DNA of 63,361 nucleotides, filler included, from Chiloscyllium plagiosum (taxonomy: Eukaryota): NCBI RefSeq assembly GCF_004010195.1. It is 4 parts of one record of this genome, joined end to end, with 100 filler letters (N's around TTAATTAATTAA, not from the genome) between each part and the next. Parts side by side here need not be neighbours in the genome. Positions count along the whole stretch, not along the records: positions 35,591 to 55,946 come from NC_057716.1; 3 more parts are not named here. The stretch is one strand, 5' to 3'. A program made the position numbers and the translations under genes. The notes beneath the pieces are model-generated. The model did not search any database and had not been told where the DNA came from. It saw only the letters and a program-made list of their open reading frames with translations. Positions 39,723 through 52,146 of this stretch are shown one piece after another (within the stretch, counting starts at the first letter, position 1; the number at the start of each line of letters is the position of its first letter).

Positions 39723-39825
39723 TAAAAGACAGAAATTGCTGGAAAAGCTCAGCAGGTCTGGCAGCATCTGTGGAGAGAAATCAGAGTTAACGTTCCAGGT
39801 CCAGACACCCTTCCTCAAAACCGAG
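39723..39825 (-). mobile_element. Short PLE terminal fragment
   Basis: Minus strand reads tttgaggaagggtgtctggacctggaacgttaactct; TSD agctataaaa at 39713-39722 and 39826-39835. Confidence 0.75.
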
Positions 39826-39985
39826 AGCTATAAAAGCTATTAACAGAAACCAGCAGCAGCCTGTTCAGCATTAATACTGCCACCTTGATGTCCCTTTCAC
39901 ACATCGCTTTGTCTCCTCACCATAGTTTACATTCCAATTGAGCACTGTATCATCATCACCATCCTTGGGTATATTATTGTTATTG

Positions 39986-40142
39986 GAGAAAGTGAGGACT
40001 GCAGATGCTGGAGATCAGAGCTGAAAATGTGTTGCTGGAAAAGAGCAGGTCAGGCAGCATCCAAGGAGCAGGAGAATCGACGTTTCGGGCATGAGCCCTT
40101 CTTCACAAATTTCCTGCGCTTTTCCAGCAACACATTTTCAGC
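39986..40142 (-). mobile_element. Short PLE insertion with an inverted segment
   Basis: 16-bp TSD tatattattgttattg (39970-39985 and 40143-40158); gctgaaaatgtgttgctggaaaag is inverted at 40113-40142; hammerhead at 40079-40106. Confidence 0.88.
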
Positions 40143-40744
40143 TATATTATTGTTATTGTCCAAGTCATTCAGATCATGAATGAGTGAGCTGCCAGCTATG
40201 ATCCTTGCAGTGCCGCACTGGTTGCAGCCTGCCAACTTTAAAATGGGCCCATTTAGCTATATTTATTGGTTCCTCTGTTGATGAGTCCTCCGTTCCAGTC
40301 AACACATTACCTCACCTAAACACTCCCACCCCCACCACCACCACCATTCTAGAATCGAGGAAGTTATTTTAAGCGATGTGTAAGGTTATGGCACTGAAGG
40401 AAAAAATATTGAGCTTGCAATAAATCCACCCAGTCTGATGATGTCACAGTCTTTGGGTGGAGGTGGTTGAGCAGATGTTATCTGTGCATTTCCCAACAGT
40501 CTTCAGTAATTATGCCAGACAAGTAATGCAAACTGCACTTACTGCTATTATGCAATTAAACATCTTATTAACTTAGTCTCACTAGTAGTCTATCCTCTCC
40601 CACTGATGAATAAACAGCTCCTACACACAACCTAGTTAAAAATGATTCATGGTCGTGAACTGCCTCAAACACCACGAGCTAATACGACATACTGGCAGTG
40701 GTAGCAAATATCACAGTGTGCCTGGAGCCACCTCTTTTAGAACA

Positions 40745-41938
40745 TAGAGTCATAAAAGATGTACAGCATAGAAACAGACCCTTCAGTCCAACTTGTCCAC
40801 GCCAACCAGATATCCCAACCCAATCTGGTCCCACCTGCCAGCACCCAGCCCATGTAAATAACAAAAAGAAGTAGACCCAGCACTGATCCTTGGTCACAGC
40901 ACTCCATTGGTCACAGGCCACCAGTCTGAAAAATAACCCTCCACCACCACCCTCTGTCTTCTACCTTTGAGCCAGTTCTGTATCCAAATGGCTAGTTCTC
41001 CCTGTATTCCACGAGATCTAACCTTGCTCACCAGTCTCCCATGGGGAACCTTGTTGAACGCCTTACTGAAGTTCATGTAGATCACATCTACCACTCTGCC
41101 CTCAATCCTTTTTGTTACTTCTTCAAAAAACTCAATCAAGTTTGTGAGACATGATTTCCCACACACAAAGCCATGTTGACTATCCCTAATCAGTCTTTGC
41201 TTTTCCAAATACATGTACATCCTGTTCCTCAGGATTCCCTCCAACAACTTGCCCACCACCAAGGTCAGGCTCACTGCTCTACAGTTCCCTGGCTTGTCCT
41301 TACCACCTTTCTTAAACAGTGGCACCACATTACACAACCTCCAGTCTTCTGGCATCTCATCTATAATTATTGATGATACAAATACCTCAGTAAGAGGTCC
41401 AGCAATCACTCCCCTGGCTTCCACAGAGTTCTAGGGTACACCTGATCAGGTCTTGGGGATTTATCGACTTAAGCATTTCAAGACATCCAGCACTTTCTCC
41501 TCCGTAAAATGGATATTTTTCAGGATGTCACCATCTATTTCCCTACATTCTATATCTTCCATGTCCTTTTCCACAGTAAATACTGATGCAAAATTCATGT
41601 TTAGTATCTTCCCCATCTCCTATGGCTCCACACAAAGGCTGCCTTGCTGATCTTTGAGGGGCCCTATTCTCTCCCTATTTACCCTTTTGTCCTTAATCTA
41701 TTTGTAACAACCCTTTGGATTCTCCTTCATTCTATTTGCCAAAGCTCTGTCATGTCCCCTTTTTGCTCTCCTGATTTCCATCTTAAATATACTCCTATTG
41801 CCTTTATACTCTAAGGATTCACTCGATCTATTCTGTCTATACCTGATATATGCTTCCTTCTTTTTCTTAACTAAACCCTCAATTTCTTTCGTTATCCAGC
41901 ATTCCCTATACCTACCAGCCTTTCCTTTCACCCTGATA
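40745..41938 (-). pseudogene. CR1 ORF2 remnant with an internal deletion joining RT to the 3' UTR at ~40853
   Basis: PEDWRLCNVVPLFKKG..SQHGF..KSCLTNL..DVIYMNFSKAFNKVPH. Confidence 0.92.
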
Positions 41939-42081
41939 GGGAGTGAGGCAGAGGGATTCTTGGAATTTGTTGGCTTTTAATTTCTTAATTTTCTCCAATA
42001 TTATTCTTTTTTCTGAATTGCTTTAGGTTAATAGTTTATTGCTTTAATTGCTCTAGGTTAATTGTTTTAGATTAATAGGTT

Positions 42082-43361
42082 GAGTCCACGAAGGACTCAA
42101 AGCCCTCCGTTTCTTCCTTTCCTGCCATACCAACCAGTACCCTTCCACTGACACCCTCCTTCGACTGACTGAACTGGTCCTCACTCTGAACAACTTCTCT
42201 TTCCAATCCTCCCACTTCCTCCAAACCAAAGGAGTAGCCATGGGCACCCGCATGGGCCCCAGCTATGCCTGCCTCTTCGTAGGATATGTGGAACAATCCA
42301 TCTTCCGCAACTACACTGGCCCCAACCCCCACCTTTTCCTCCGCTACATCGATGACTGTATCGGAGCCGCCTCGTGCTCCCACGAGGAAGTTGAACAGTT
42401 CATCCACTTCACCAACACCTTCCACCCCGACCTCAAATTCACCTGGACAGTCCCAGATTCCTCCCTCCCCTTCCTCGACCTATCTATTTCTACCTCAGGC
42501 GACCGAATCAACACGGACATCTACTACAAACCAACCGACTCCCACAGCTACCTGGACTACACCTCCCCCCACCCTGCCCCCTGTCAAAACGCCATCCCAT
42601 CCTCCCAATTCCTTCGTCTCCGCCGCATCTGCTCCCAGGAGGACCAGTTCAAAATACGTACAACACAGATGGCCCCCTTCTTCAAGNNNNNNNNNNNNNN
42701 NNNNNNNNNNNNNNNNNNNNNNNNNNNNNNNNNNNNNNNNNNNNNNNNNNNNNNNNNNNNNNNNNNNNNNNNNNNNNNNNNNNNNNNNNNNNNNNNNNNN
42801 NNNNNNNNNNNNNNNNNNNNNNNNNNNNNNNNNNNNNNNNNNNNNNNNNNNNNNNNNNNNNNNNNNNNNNNNNNNNNNNNNNNNNNNNNNNNNNNNNNNN
42901 NNNNNNNNNNNNNNNNNNNNNNNNNNNNNNNNNNNNNNNNNNNNNNNNNNNNNNNNNNNNNNNNNNNNNNNNNNNNNNNNNNNNNNNNNNNNNNNNNNNN
43001 NNNNNNNNNNNNNNNNNNNNNNNNNNNNNNNNNNNNNNNNNNNNNNNNNNNNNNNNNNNNNNNNNNNNNNNNNNNNNNNNNNNNNNNNNNNNNNNNNNNN
43101 NNNNNNNNNNNNNNNNNNNNNNNNNNNNNNNNNNNNNNNNNNNNNNNNNNNNNNNNNNNNNNNNNNNNNNNNNNNNNNNNNNNNNNNNNNNNNNNNNNNN
43201 NNNNNNCCCCTCCCCCAAGTCCCTCCTCCCTACCTTTCATCTTAGCCTGCTTGGCACACTCTCCTCATTCCTGAAGAAGGGCTCATGCTCAAAACATCGA
43301 TTCTCCTGCTCCTTGGATGCTGCCTGACCTGCTGCGCTTTTCCAGCAACACATTTTCAGCT
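42082..43361 (+). mobile_element. Penelope-like element: RT core, assembly gap, then 3' end
   Basis: GVAMGTRMGPSYACLFVG..FLRYIDDCIG..LPFLDL..IYYKPTDSHSYL..SQFLRLRRICS is open up to the gap; hammerhead-like motif at 43271-43298. Confidence 0.92.
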
Positions 43362-44255
43362 CATTTGTTCATCGTCAATTTTCCCCCTAATTATCAACTT
43401 TCTGACACCCCTTTTGCTGGTTTCTAAAAACTCTCCCAAACCTCAGGTTTATCACTATTCTGTGCAACTGATGGGCATCTTTCTTCAATCACACGCTATC
43501 TTTAACTTTCGATTGGCCCATTTCAAGGAAGATACTGGACTGCGAACTAAATGATATGATTGATTTGTCAACTGAAGTTGAGCACATACAGGTAGAGAGC
43601 ACTGATTGGATAGTTATATGAACACACATAGGAACACAGAAGGGTCTGAGGCACAGTGGTAGTACCCCACCTCTGGGTCAAAACATTTGCACTCAAGGTT
43701 GACTTGCCTCTGAGAAAAATAATAAGAAAGGTTACATCAAGCACCCACAGCTTTTATCCCGAGTAAATAGTTGTTTAATTGACACCTTGTATCCTCAGTG
43801 GCACCAATATTTATAGACATCTTGGAGTTTCTTGGCTGATGCATGTTTCTCCAATTTGTTTTTCACAGGCAGTGATTTCTGAGAGGCTGAGAGAAACTAC
43901 AGAGAAAAGGGAGCACAAGCTTCCTGATCAGCTGTAATGAATCCATCAATTCACCCATCGTCCTCCCACAAAGGATGTTGCCTCAAGTGAGTTCACTTGT
44001 ATATTCCCATGCCTGGCTTCAGTATTTTATCATGATGAATAATTTGTAAGCTTCATTAATCTCTATATTTGAGACTTCCAGAAAGTGAATCAAACAGGAG
44101 ATACAAATCAGAGATTTTATAAACATGTTAATTTCATTTTAAATGGATTCTTGTCTATTAATCATTTCATGAGCTTGGCTTAACCTGCAGGTGACCACTG
44201 CAGCCATCTTAAATCAGTATTTCTCTTTGCATAAAACATTTCAGTCACTGAAAGG

Positions 44256-44523
44256 TGCGACAATACAATAGGTTTAAGGAACGTATTTTGTCCTGTTTGT
44301 TTTTGAAGGGAGGTTTTAAAATAGAGCTGCCAAGCTGTCTATTGAAAGCCCATAAAGCAAACAATTTGAGGGGTTGGGTTTGTTTTTAAAAATAAGAACA
44401 ATCGAAGCAGTCTGAATGTGTGGGGCAAGCTCCCATGGAACCAGGATTTTTAGTTTTAATTTCCAATAGCATTTGCTGGGGTCTTGAAACTAGGTTTGGA
44501 ACCTGCAGTACATCTCTCCCTGT

Positions 44524-44557
<34 letters not shown>

Positions 44558-44922
44558 TTCTCGTGATTTTTTCCTCTTGGACTGGAAAATTGCTAAAGGG
44601 ACCCATTAACTTTACAGAATTTGCCTTGTGCCAAAGGGGTCTTTATGGGATGTTACTACATTGAAACAGTTACTGTTTAGTCGTGGAATAATCTATTATC
44701 CTGCTAAGTTTTCCAATAGAGTTAATTAGTCCAACTTCTTTGTTCTTTTGTATTTTAACTATAGTGTGTGAAAAAAGTGTGTTTTGCTACAAATCTGGTA
44801 GTTTGACCAATTGAATTCTATCTGGAACACAATGCCTAGCACTTGCCTTTAAAATAAGAAAAAGTTAGGGTCTAGGCTGTCTTCTTTATATATTTTGAGG
44901 TGGTTTGATCTGGTCCCTAACC
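44256..44922 (+). mobile_element. Probable solo LTR
   Basis: Starts tgcgaca, ends ggtccctaacc, flanked by 4-bp aagg on both sides; contains (CA)n at 44530-44557. Confidence 0.5.
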
Positions 44923-45404
44923 AAGGTGACAGATCAGATGACAGAAACCAAAAATTGATAATTCATTATTGCCACTATCATAACAAAACTATATCCAAAA
45001 TGTTCATATTGCAATAATGAGATATTAGCTTGTCAGGCTTGTTTTTCGCTCATCCGTTTGGGATACCAATGTTGGTATCATTTCTGGGTGCTATCCCCAA
45101 AACAACATTGGTGTGTGGTGCCCAATGTAATGTCTGAAAGGATAGTCAATTCATGGCCAGGGAGTTTGCCTACCATACAACCTCAACAGTGACAGCATCC
45201 CACGGATGGACAGTGATGAGGAGACATCAGAAGCCCAGTCCAAGGCAGGGACTATCAATGCTGGCAAAAAACAAGAGAGCTCCTCAATATTGAGGCACCC
45301 TTGCAAAATCTAAAATTCATTTAATAAAAGCTGGATAGGTCTGTACCTGTAATGAGTTGGATGAGGGTGAAAAGAGTTCAATAAAAGAAGACAGCAGTAT
45401 AGTT

Positions 45405-45730
45405 GTAATGATATCACTGCACTAGTAATCGAGAACCGCAGGCTAAATTCTGGATGCCTGGATTCAAATCCTGCCACAGCAGGTAGCAAAAATTGAATGA
45501 TATAACCACATGGGATCAAAAGCAACCTACTGGCTACCACCGTCAACTGTCAGGAAAATCTATCTGGTTCACTGTCTTTTAGGGAAGGTAATCTGTTCTC
45601 ATGACCTGTCAAGACAACTTGTGATTCCATATGCGCAGCAATGTGGTCGACTCTTAACAGCCCTCTGGGCAATTAGACACGGGTAATAAATGCTGTCCTC
45701 GTCAATGCCCACACCCTATGAGCAAGTAAA
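45405..45730 (+). mobile_element. tRNA-derived SINE
   Basis: ggattcaaatcctgcc..ctttagggaagg..gggcaattagacacgggtaataaatgctg. Confidence 0.75.
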
Positions 45731-46347
45731 TAAACAAGACATATCAAGCGAAAACTCCCTCCCCAAAGCGGTGACAGCAGAGGGCCCTTAAGAGATCTAC
45801 TAATAAGTCTAAATATTTACCATTTGCAGACAAGAACGCATTTTACTCCTGAACACATTTGCTCATGACCTGGAGGCAGGAACCTAAAAGGCGTGCCAGT
45901 CAATGAGAGCCAGCAAGGCTCCAGGTCACTTTCCTCCAGAGATCAAAAATTCCACTCATGATCTTGGAGTTATTAACCCAGTCTTCTGAATTACCCATCT
46001 ATTAAAAAAGTCTGTATTCTGTTCAAAATGTTTCAACTTTACATCATGTTCCTGCTGCATAAAGTGTTTTGCTTAAGAAAGAAAAGAATCGGTGTAGATT
46101 TTCTTTAAATTTTAATTTAGACTGCTGCTTCTCTGGTAAATCCTGGCTTTGTAACACACCTCTTAATACAAAACTCACTGTTCTGGACAAATTTTCCAAC
46201 TGAGGTTTACACAACCCCTTTAAATAGTAAATGTTGTGCCGATCAATCTCTTTGGATTCAAATTAACTACACAATTATGGAGTCCCAGTACCTTAAAGGA
46301 GATGTTAAAAATTACAAAATTTTAAAACCTTGTGGTCTGTCTCCCTC

Positions 46348-46447
46348 TCAGATTCCTGAAGAAGGGCTTACGCCTGAAACATTGATTCTCCTGCTCCTTG
46401 GATGCTGCCTGACCTGCTGCACTTTTCCAGCAACACATTTTTCAGTT
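46348..46447 (+). mobile_element. Short PLE terminal fragment with hammerhead motif
   Basis: attcctgaagaagggcttacgcctgaaacattg; flanked by tctccctc on both sides. Confidence 0.8.
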
Positions 46448-47194
46448 TCTCCCTCCACCCCATCTTAAATGAATATTTCTTTGCCGCATTTCTCTTTCTG
46501 TACCTAATTTGACATTGAATTAACTCACTAATTTGCTTACCTCCACAGCCCTTTCACAATTTGTCAACCTGACAGGCAAGTGAGGTATAAAAGCTGTTGC
46601 TTTGTTCATCCAGGTAGCTGATGCCATTTCCCTCTCTGCGTTTTCATCAGCTCACACTACTGCAACATCACTGACAGAAATATGTTGAGGTGATGGGTGC
46701 AGGAGCAATATAACTAATGACAGATGTTGAGAGATATACAGCAACTACAAAATGAAAAATCTGGCCCCACGCATAGGGGGTGAGGGAGGTGGGTAAGTTG
46801 CCAGTTTTCAACGTTAAATCATAATATGATGATTAATTCCTGTAGTAAACTAAATCATTGGTGATCATAATGTGTCCATTAACACCTTATCAAAACCAAA
46901 TCTTACATAGCTTTTATTTTGTAGCCTGAAATCCAAATGTTAAGTTTGAATGCAGCTTTTCACAATCTCAAGAGGAAAAAGAGCGAGAGAATGGTGTCAT
47001 TACTCCATCTAAATGATCCAACCAGCTCTCAAAAACCCAAAAGAAAATGTCTGTTATGTGATGTGATTCAGTGATTGGCTAGCATATGCTGAATAATCTG
47101 TAATGTACCATAGGGTAGACTAACCATCACTTTCGCAAATCAGTCAAGTTCAAAATACAGCTCACTTAACTTGCTCCGGTTTAGGTACATAGTT

Positions 47195-48015
47195 GCTTGA
47201 AAGTTCCATCACAGGTAGACGGAGTGGAAAGAAGACGATTGGCATGCTTGCTTTAATTTCTCAGACCATTGAGTATCAGAGTTGGAACGTCATGTTACAG
47301 TTGTACAGGAAATTGGTGAGGCCACCTTTGGAATACTGCATACAATTCTGGTTGCCCTTCTATAGTGAGGATGCTGTTAGACTTGGGAGGGTTCAAAAAA
47401 GATTTACAAGGATGTAGCAGGACTGGAGGGTACAAGGATGTATCAAATGAGGAAAAGCTGATAGACTAGACCTTTTCATTGGAGTGAGGAAGGTTAAGGA
47501 GTGACTTTATATAAAATCACGAGGGCACAGATCAGATAAACAGCCAAGAAGCTTTTTTTCCCCCTAGGGTAAGGGAGCTCTTAACTACAGGGCATATTTT
47601 TAAGGTGAGAAGAGTAAGATTGAAAAGGGACCTCAGGGGAAATTCTTTCACAGAAAGTTTGGTTCATATGTGGAATGAAGTGCCAGAGGAAGTTGTAGAT
47701 GAAGTTACGGTTACAAGATTTAGAGTCAGAGATGTACAGCACGGAAACAGACCCTTCAGTCCAACTTGTCCATGCTGACCAGATATCCTAAATTAATCTC
47801 GTCCCATTTGCCAGCAGTTGGCCCATAACTCCACTAAACGTTTCCTATTCCTATACCCATTCAGATGCCTTTTAAATGTACATGTCCAGGTACATGAATA
47901 GGAAAGATTTAGAGGGATATAGGTCAAATGAGACTAATTTAGTTTTGAAAGACTTGATCGGCATGGACAAGTTGGAGCCGAAGGGTCTGTTTCCATGCTG
48001 AATGACTCTATAACT
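47195..48015 (+). mobile_element. CR1 3' region with an opposite-strand CR1 3' end nested at ~47723-47880
   Basis: LQLYRKLVRPPLEYCIQFW; two CR1 tails in inverted orientation. Confidence 0.85.
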
Positions 48016-49464
48016 CAATACAGACTCATTGGCAAGGATTTGTTCTCTGCAAATAAAGGAATGCATTCAAACATGCAGGAGTTTGAGGGACTTATATTTC
48101 CCAAGTGCTTTCTTGTCCAAGGCTTTACAATTAGCATTCATTTACCAACCATTTAATACGCTTGGATGTAACTATTTGAAATTTGACTTTACATGTGCCC
48201 TAATGAGTGCAAAACAAAAGCCTTCAGTATCAAGTCTCCCTTTTTAGCAATATGCAAGGTCTGTACTACCAAGTAAGTTTTTAAGCAATCATTTCTTTGC
48301 GTGAATTAGATTTGTATAATCAAGTGAAACTTTATAAATTTTTACATCCTGTCACATGTGGACTGAAAGCACTGGATTAATTTTCTGTCATAACTGTTGA
48401 CAATTTCCAAGATTCATGCCACTAAGTTAGTTAAATATTTGGACTACACACAGAAATAGAATGAAACATTTGTTTTTAAAAGAAACATATTCACCTTGAA
48501 AGCTGATCCCCTCATTCCCACACAATACACAATATAAACAATGTGTTCAATGGACGATATATTGGTAATTGAGCCTACACAGCTGAAACTTGCAGTTTAA
48601 CTAAAGAAAATGCCATCAGTTTACCCTCAGGAAAATAACTTACAAACTTGTAATGAACTAGTGCAGTTACAAGAGTGTGATTAACCAGTTTAGTTTTAAA
48701 ACAAATGACATTGAAGGCATCACACTTTAGCAGCGCATATCATTTATCTTGTAAGATACTCCTTATTCTTCACCTCTTAAATGTTATGGCACAGATTTGG
48801 AGCAGGTGAGACTTGAACCCAGGCCTTCTGGCTCAAAGGCGGGGTTCTTCACCTCTTATCTAATCACTCAAAACGATAATCCATTTGGTATGATGGAATC
48901 CATGCCTGGATGGCTGGAGGCAAACACTTTACAATGTTTTCTCATTTCTCTGGATTTTAATGTGGCTCAATGCAAGGTGGTATTAAATAGAACAAGTGAA
49001 ACACGTGTCCAGAACCAAACAAAGGTGCCGTTAACAAGGTTAATCAAACAAAATAGCATATCTGAAGGATATCTGATAAGTTGAAACTAAGTTACTTGAT
49101 TTTGCATAGCTCACTGGTAAAGCAAATATTTAGCAGCATGCAAAGATTGGAATATCCTATCTTCTAGAGGGCATTGACGCAATGGAGTGTGCAAATACAT
49201 TGGTTCTAGGAGTTACCTTTGTTAGAAGGGACTCAGAAGACAAGTTCTTGTGCTGAAAGCAAAAGGTGCACAAGTAAGTGTGCCAACCCTGACAAATATG
49301 GACATACTTGTGAAAGTCAGCAGTAGCATAACTTAAGGTTGCAAACGAAGCAAATGGAACATGCTGAAACTTGATCTAATTTTAGATGGGTCTCGTCTTT
49401 ATTACAAAGCAGCCGCATAAGTGAAATAGAGATCACAAGTTAAATTAGTTACTTTTTTTCTTTT

Positions 49465-49793
49465 AGAATCCCAACAGTGTGGAAACAGGCTCTTCGGCCC
49501 AACAAGTCCACACCGACCCTCTGAAGAGTAACCCACCCAGACCCATTCCCCCTAACCTATATTTACCTCTGACCAACTCACATCCCTGAACCCTATGGGC
49601 AACTTAACACAGCCAATCCACCTAATCTACTCATCTTTGATGACTGTGGGAGGAAACCAGAGCACCTGGAGGAAACACACACAGACACAGGGAGAACATG
49701 CAAAAGCCACACAGACAGACAGTTGCCAGAGGCTGGAGTCGAACCGGGGTCCCTGGCGCTGTGAGGCAGCAGTGCAACCACTGAGCCACCACC
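49465..49793 (-). mobile_element. HE1-type SINE
   Basis: Matches 4604-4923. Confidence 0.88.
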
Positions 49794-49871
49794 TTACTGT
49801 TGTGTCAATTATTATTTTGCCTGAAGGTAATAGATCAATAGAATTAAAATGTGTAGGGATACAAACATGGT

Positions 49872-50068
49872 AAAAACAGAGGTAAAAACAATGACTGCAG
49901 ATGCTGGAAACCAGATTCTGGATTAGTGGTGCTGGAAGAGCACAGCAGTTCAGGCAGCATCCAAGGAGCAGCGAAATCGACATTTCGGGCAAAAGCCCTT
50001 CATCAGGAATAAAGGCAGTGAGCCTGAAGCGTGGAGAGATAAGCTAGAGGAGGGTGGGGGTGGGGAGA
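49872..50068 (-). mobile_element. PLE 3' end with hammerhead motif (49979-50006)
   Basis: Minus strand reads attcctgatgaagggcttttgcccgaaatgtcgattt. Confidence 0.85.
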
Positions 50069-52146
50069 CATGTAGAACACAAAAGGTTACTGTCCAACTG
50101 TATCCATGGAAGAAGCATCTGTGAAATATAAAAGTGATCAAAAATATTGGATTCCATAGATGAATGGATTAATTTTCACCTCACTATTAGAAGTCACTAA
50201 GATTTATTTTAACTGTGCATAGTTGCGTTCCTCAAGGAGATTCAAGTTAACTGGTCAAAGTACTCAACAGGTAGGATGACAAACTTTACAGGCTAAATGG
50301 ACTTTTTCTGTCACACTTGTCCTTATGCTGGAATGCCAAAGCTTTGATGAATACATTACCTCATCAATTTTGTGTGAGACGATATATTAGAAACTTCCAT
50401 GCCTAGCAATTACACTTCTGCCAATTCAGAACTTTACATTCAATTAGCCTACAATTTCATCTACTCTACACTGAACTCCCTTGCACATTAGCCCCCTAGG
50501 TTGTACTGTTTAATACTACTAGAGGGATGAACATTTCACCATCAAATTGAACTAAACCAGCTTTTTGCACTGACGTCCCTCATGTTAGTCCTCTTTTCCC
50601 AAAGAAAAATCCCCATAGTGCCATAGTTTTACAAACCTTTGGTAGTTTGTCTAAATACTCTTTCACGTTCAAGTACAGACAACAAATTCAAGTCTGTATT
50701 AGCACTGAAGCATCACAGCCAACTCTAAGCCTACATACACACTCTCCATACAAACAATCTTGCAACAAGAGTTACTGAACAAACAAAAACAGGAAATCTG
50801 GCTGACATTTCTTGCTATACAGTCAAGAAATCATAATGACAATTGCATTAACCTTGCTAAGATGATTTATCTCAGCACATTGTGTGGTTCAGTAACACAA
50901 TGCAATTACTGACTGAACTGCACAACTCTTGACAGAATGCTATCCACATGCCAGCACTACTCCTACCTTTGATAATCCCCAATGTCTTCTTGTGAATGGA
51001 TGGCCACTGGACAGTGGATAGGATTTTATAAAGATCTTCTCCACTACTGATATTGATTGCTCATGGACAAAATTACCAACTTATCCATGGCCATCTGGTC
51101 AAAGGAAAATATGTAACAGCAATCTTGAATAATCAAAACAGCAAAATCATCGAAAACCTTGAGAACAGCAGCTACTTTGAAACGATGCTTCGAACAATGT
51201 GGTCATTTTCATCCTTATTAATGGGACCCTTGTTCTACTGTTCTCTTGGTTGAAACACATTATCATAAAGATCACCATTATATCACTAAGCAACAGTCGA
51301 AGTGATGCAGCAAGAAACAAACATGTCAGTTACAATGACTGTCTGGCACAACACATTTTTCCGGAAAGAGTAAGAAACTTATCACATTAGTTAAAACTAC
51401 TAACCTTTTACAGAGTTAACGGCCAACTGAACAGTCAGAAAGAACAAGTTGACTCCGTTACAATGGAGCAACTCAGCTAATCATAAGCTGAAGGGACAGC
51501 CGGTTAGACTTGAATTAGTGGAACTCAACATGCTTAATCTGACCATTGGACTGTTCAATAATGATCTTGGAACAGCATTTTAAATCATCTTTCTTTCATT
51601 TGTAGAACAGTTGATCCAAGAAATAAAATTATCAACGTCTACCTTATCATTAAAATGAATGATTGGAATTTTTTTTTAAAATGGAAGTATTTAATGATAG
51701 TTAATGTTGCAACTTAATATAAACAGCTCTGCTATAGGCAAAACCAAATTTTAATTGCAGTTCAACCTGACAATCACAGCGGTAATGCCACAGCTCTGGA
51801 TGCACATAGATTTAACACAGTTGTAAAGGCAGTCTCCAAAGAGAGGGCTTTTAAAACAAAGTACTTCCCAAACCTGAATGGTGCTCAGTTAACAAGATTA
51901 ATTTATCTTGCTGTTAAAACCTTCAAATTGCCAAGAATGAATATTAACAATTTGTTGAATTATTGGCCAGTAGTTCATCTTGTCAGAAACAAACATTGTC
52001 CATCATTTTGCCATTAGCTTCTTCAACCAGATGTCATGTAAGTAAACTATATCCCAGTTACTAACAAGCAACTGCAGGTAAAAGAAGTCTCATCAGGAGG
52101 AAAATATTTTGAAATGTGTTTATTTAGTCATGGAATAGCATTCACA

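Noticed and set aside
50380..51400. Possible decayed env-like or other coding remnant
   Set aside because: Stops occur in all frames and there is no convincing motif; a TBLASTX or HMM search would be needed.
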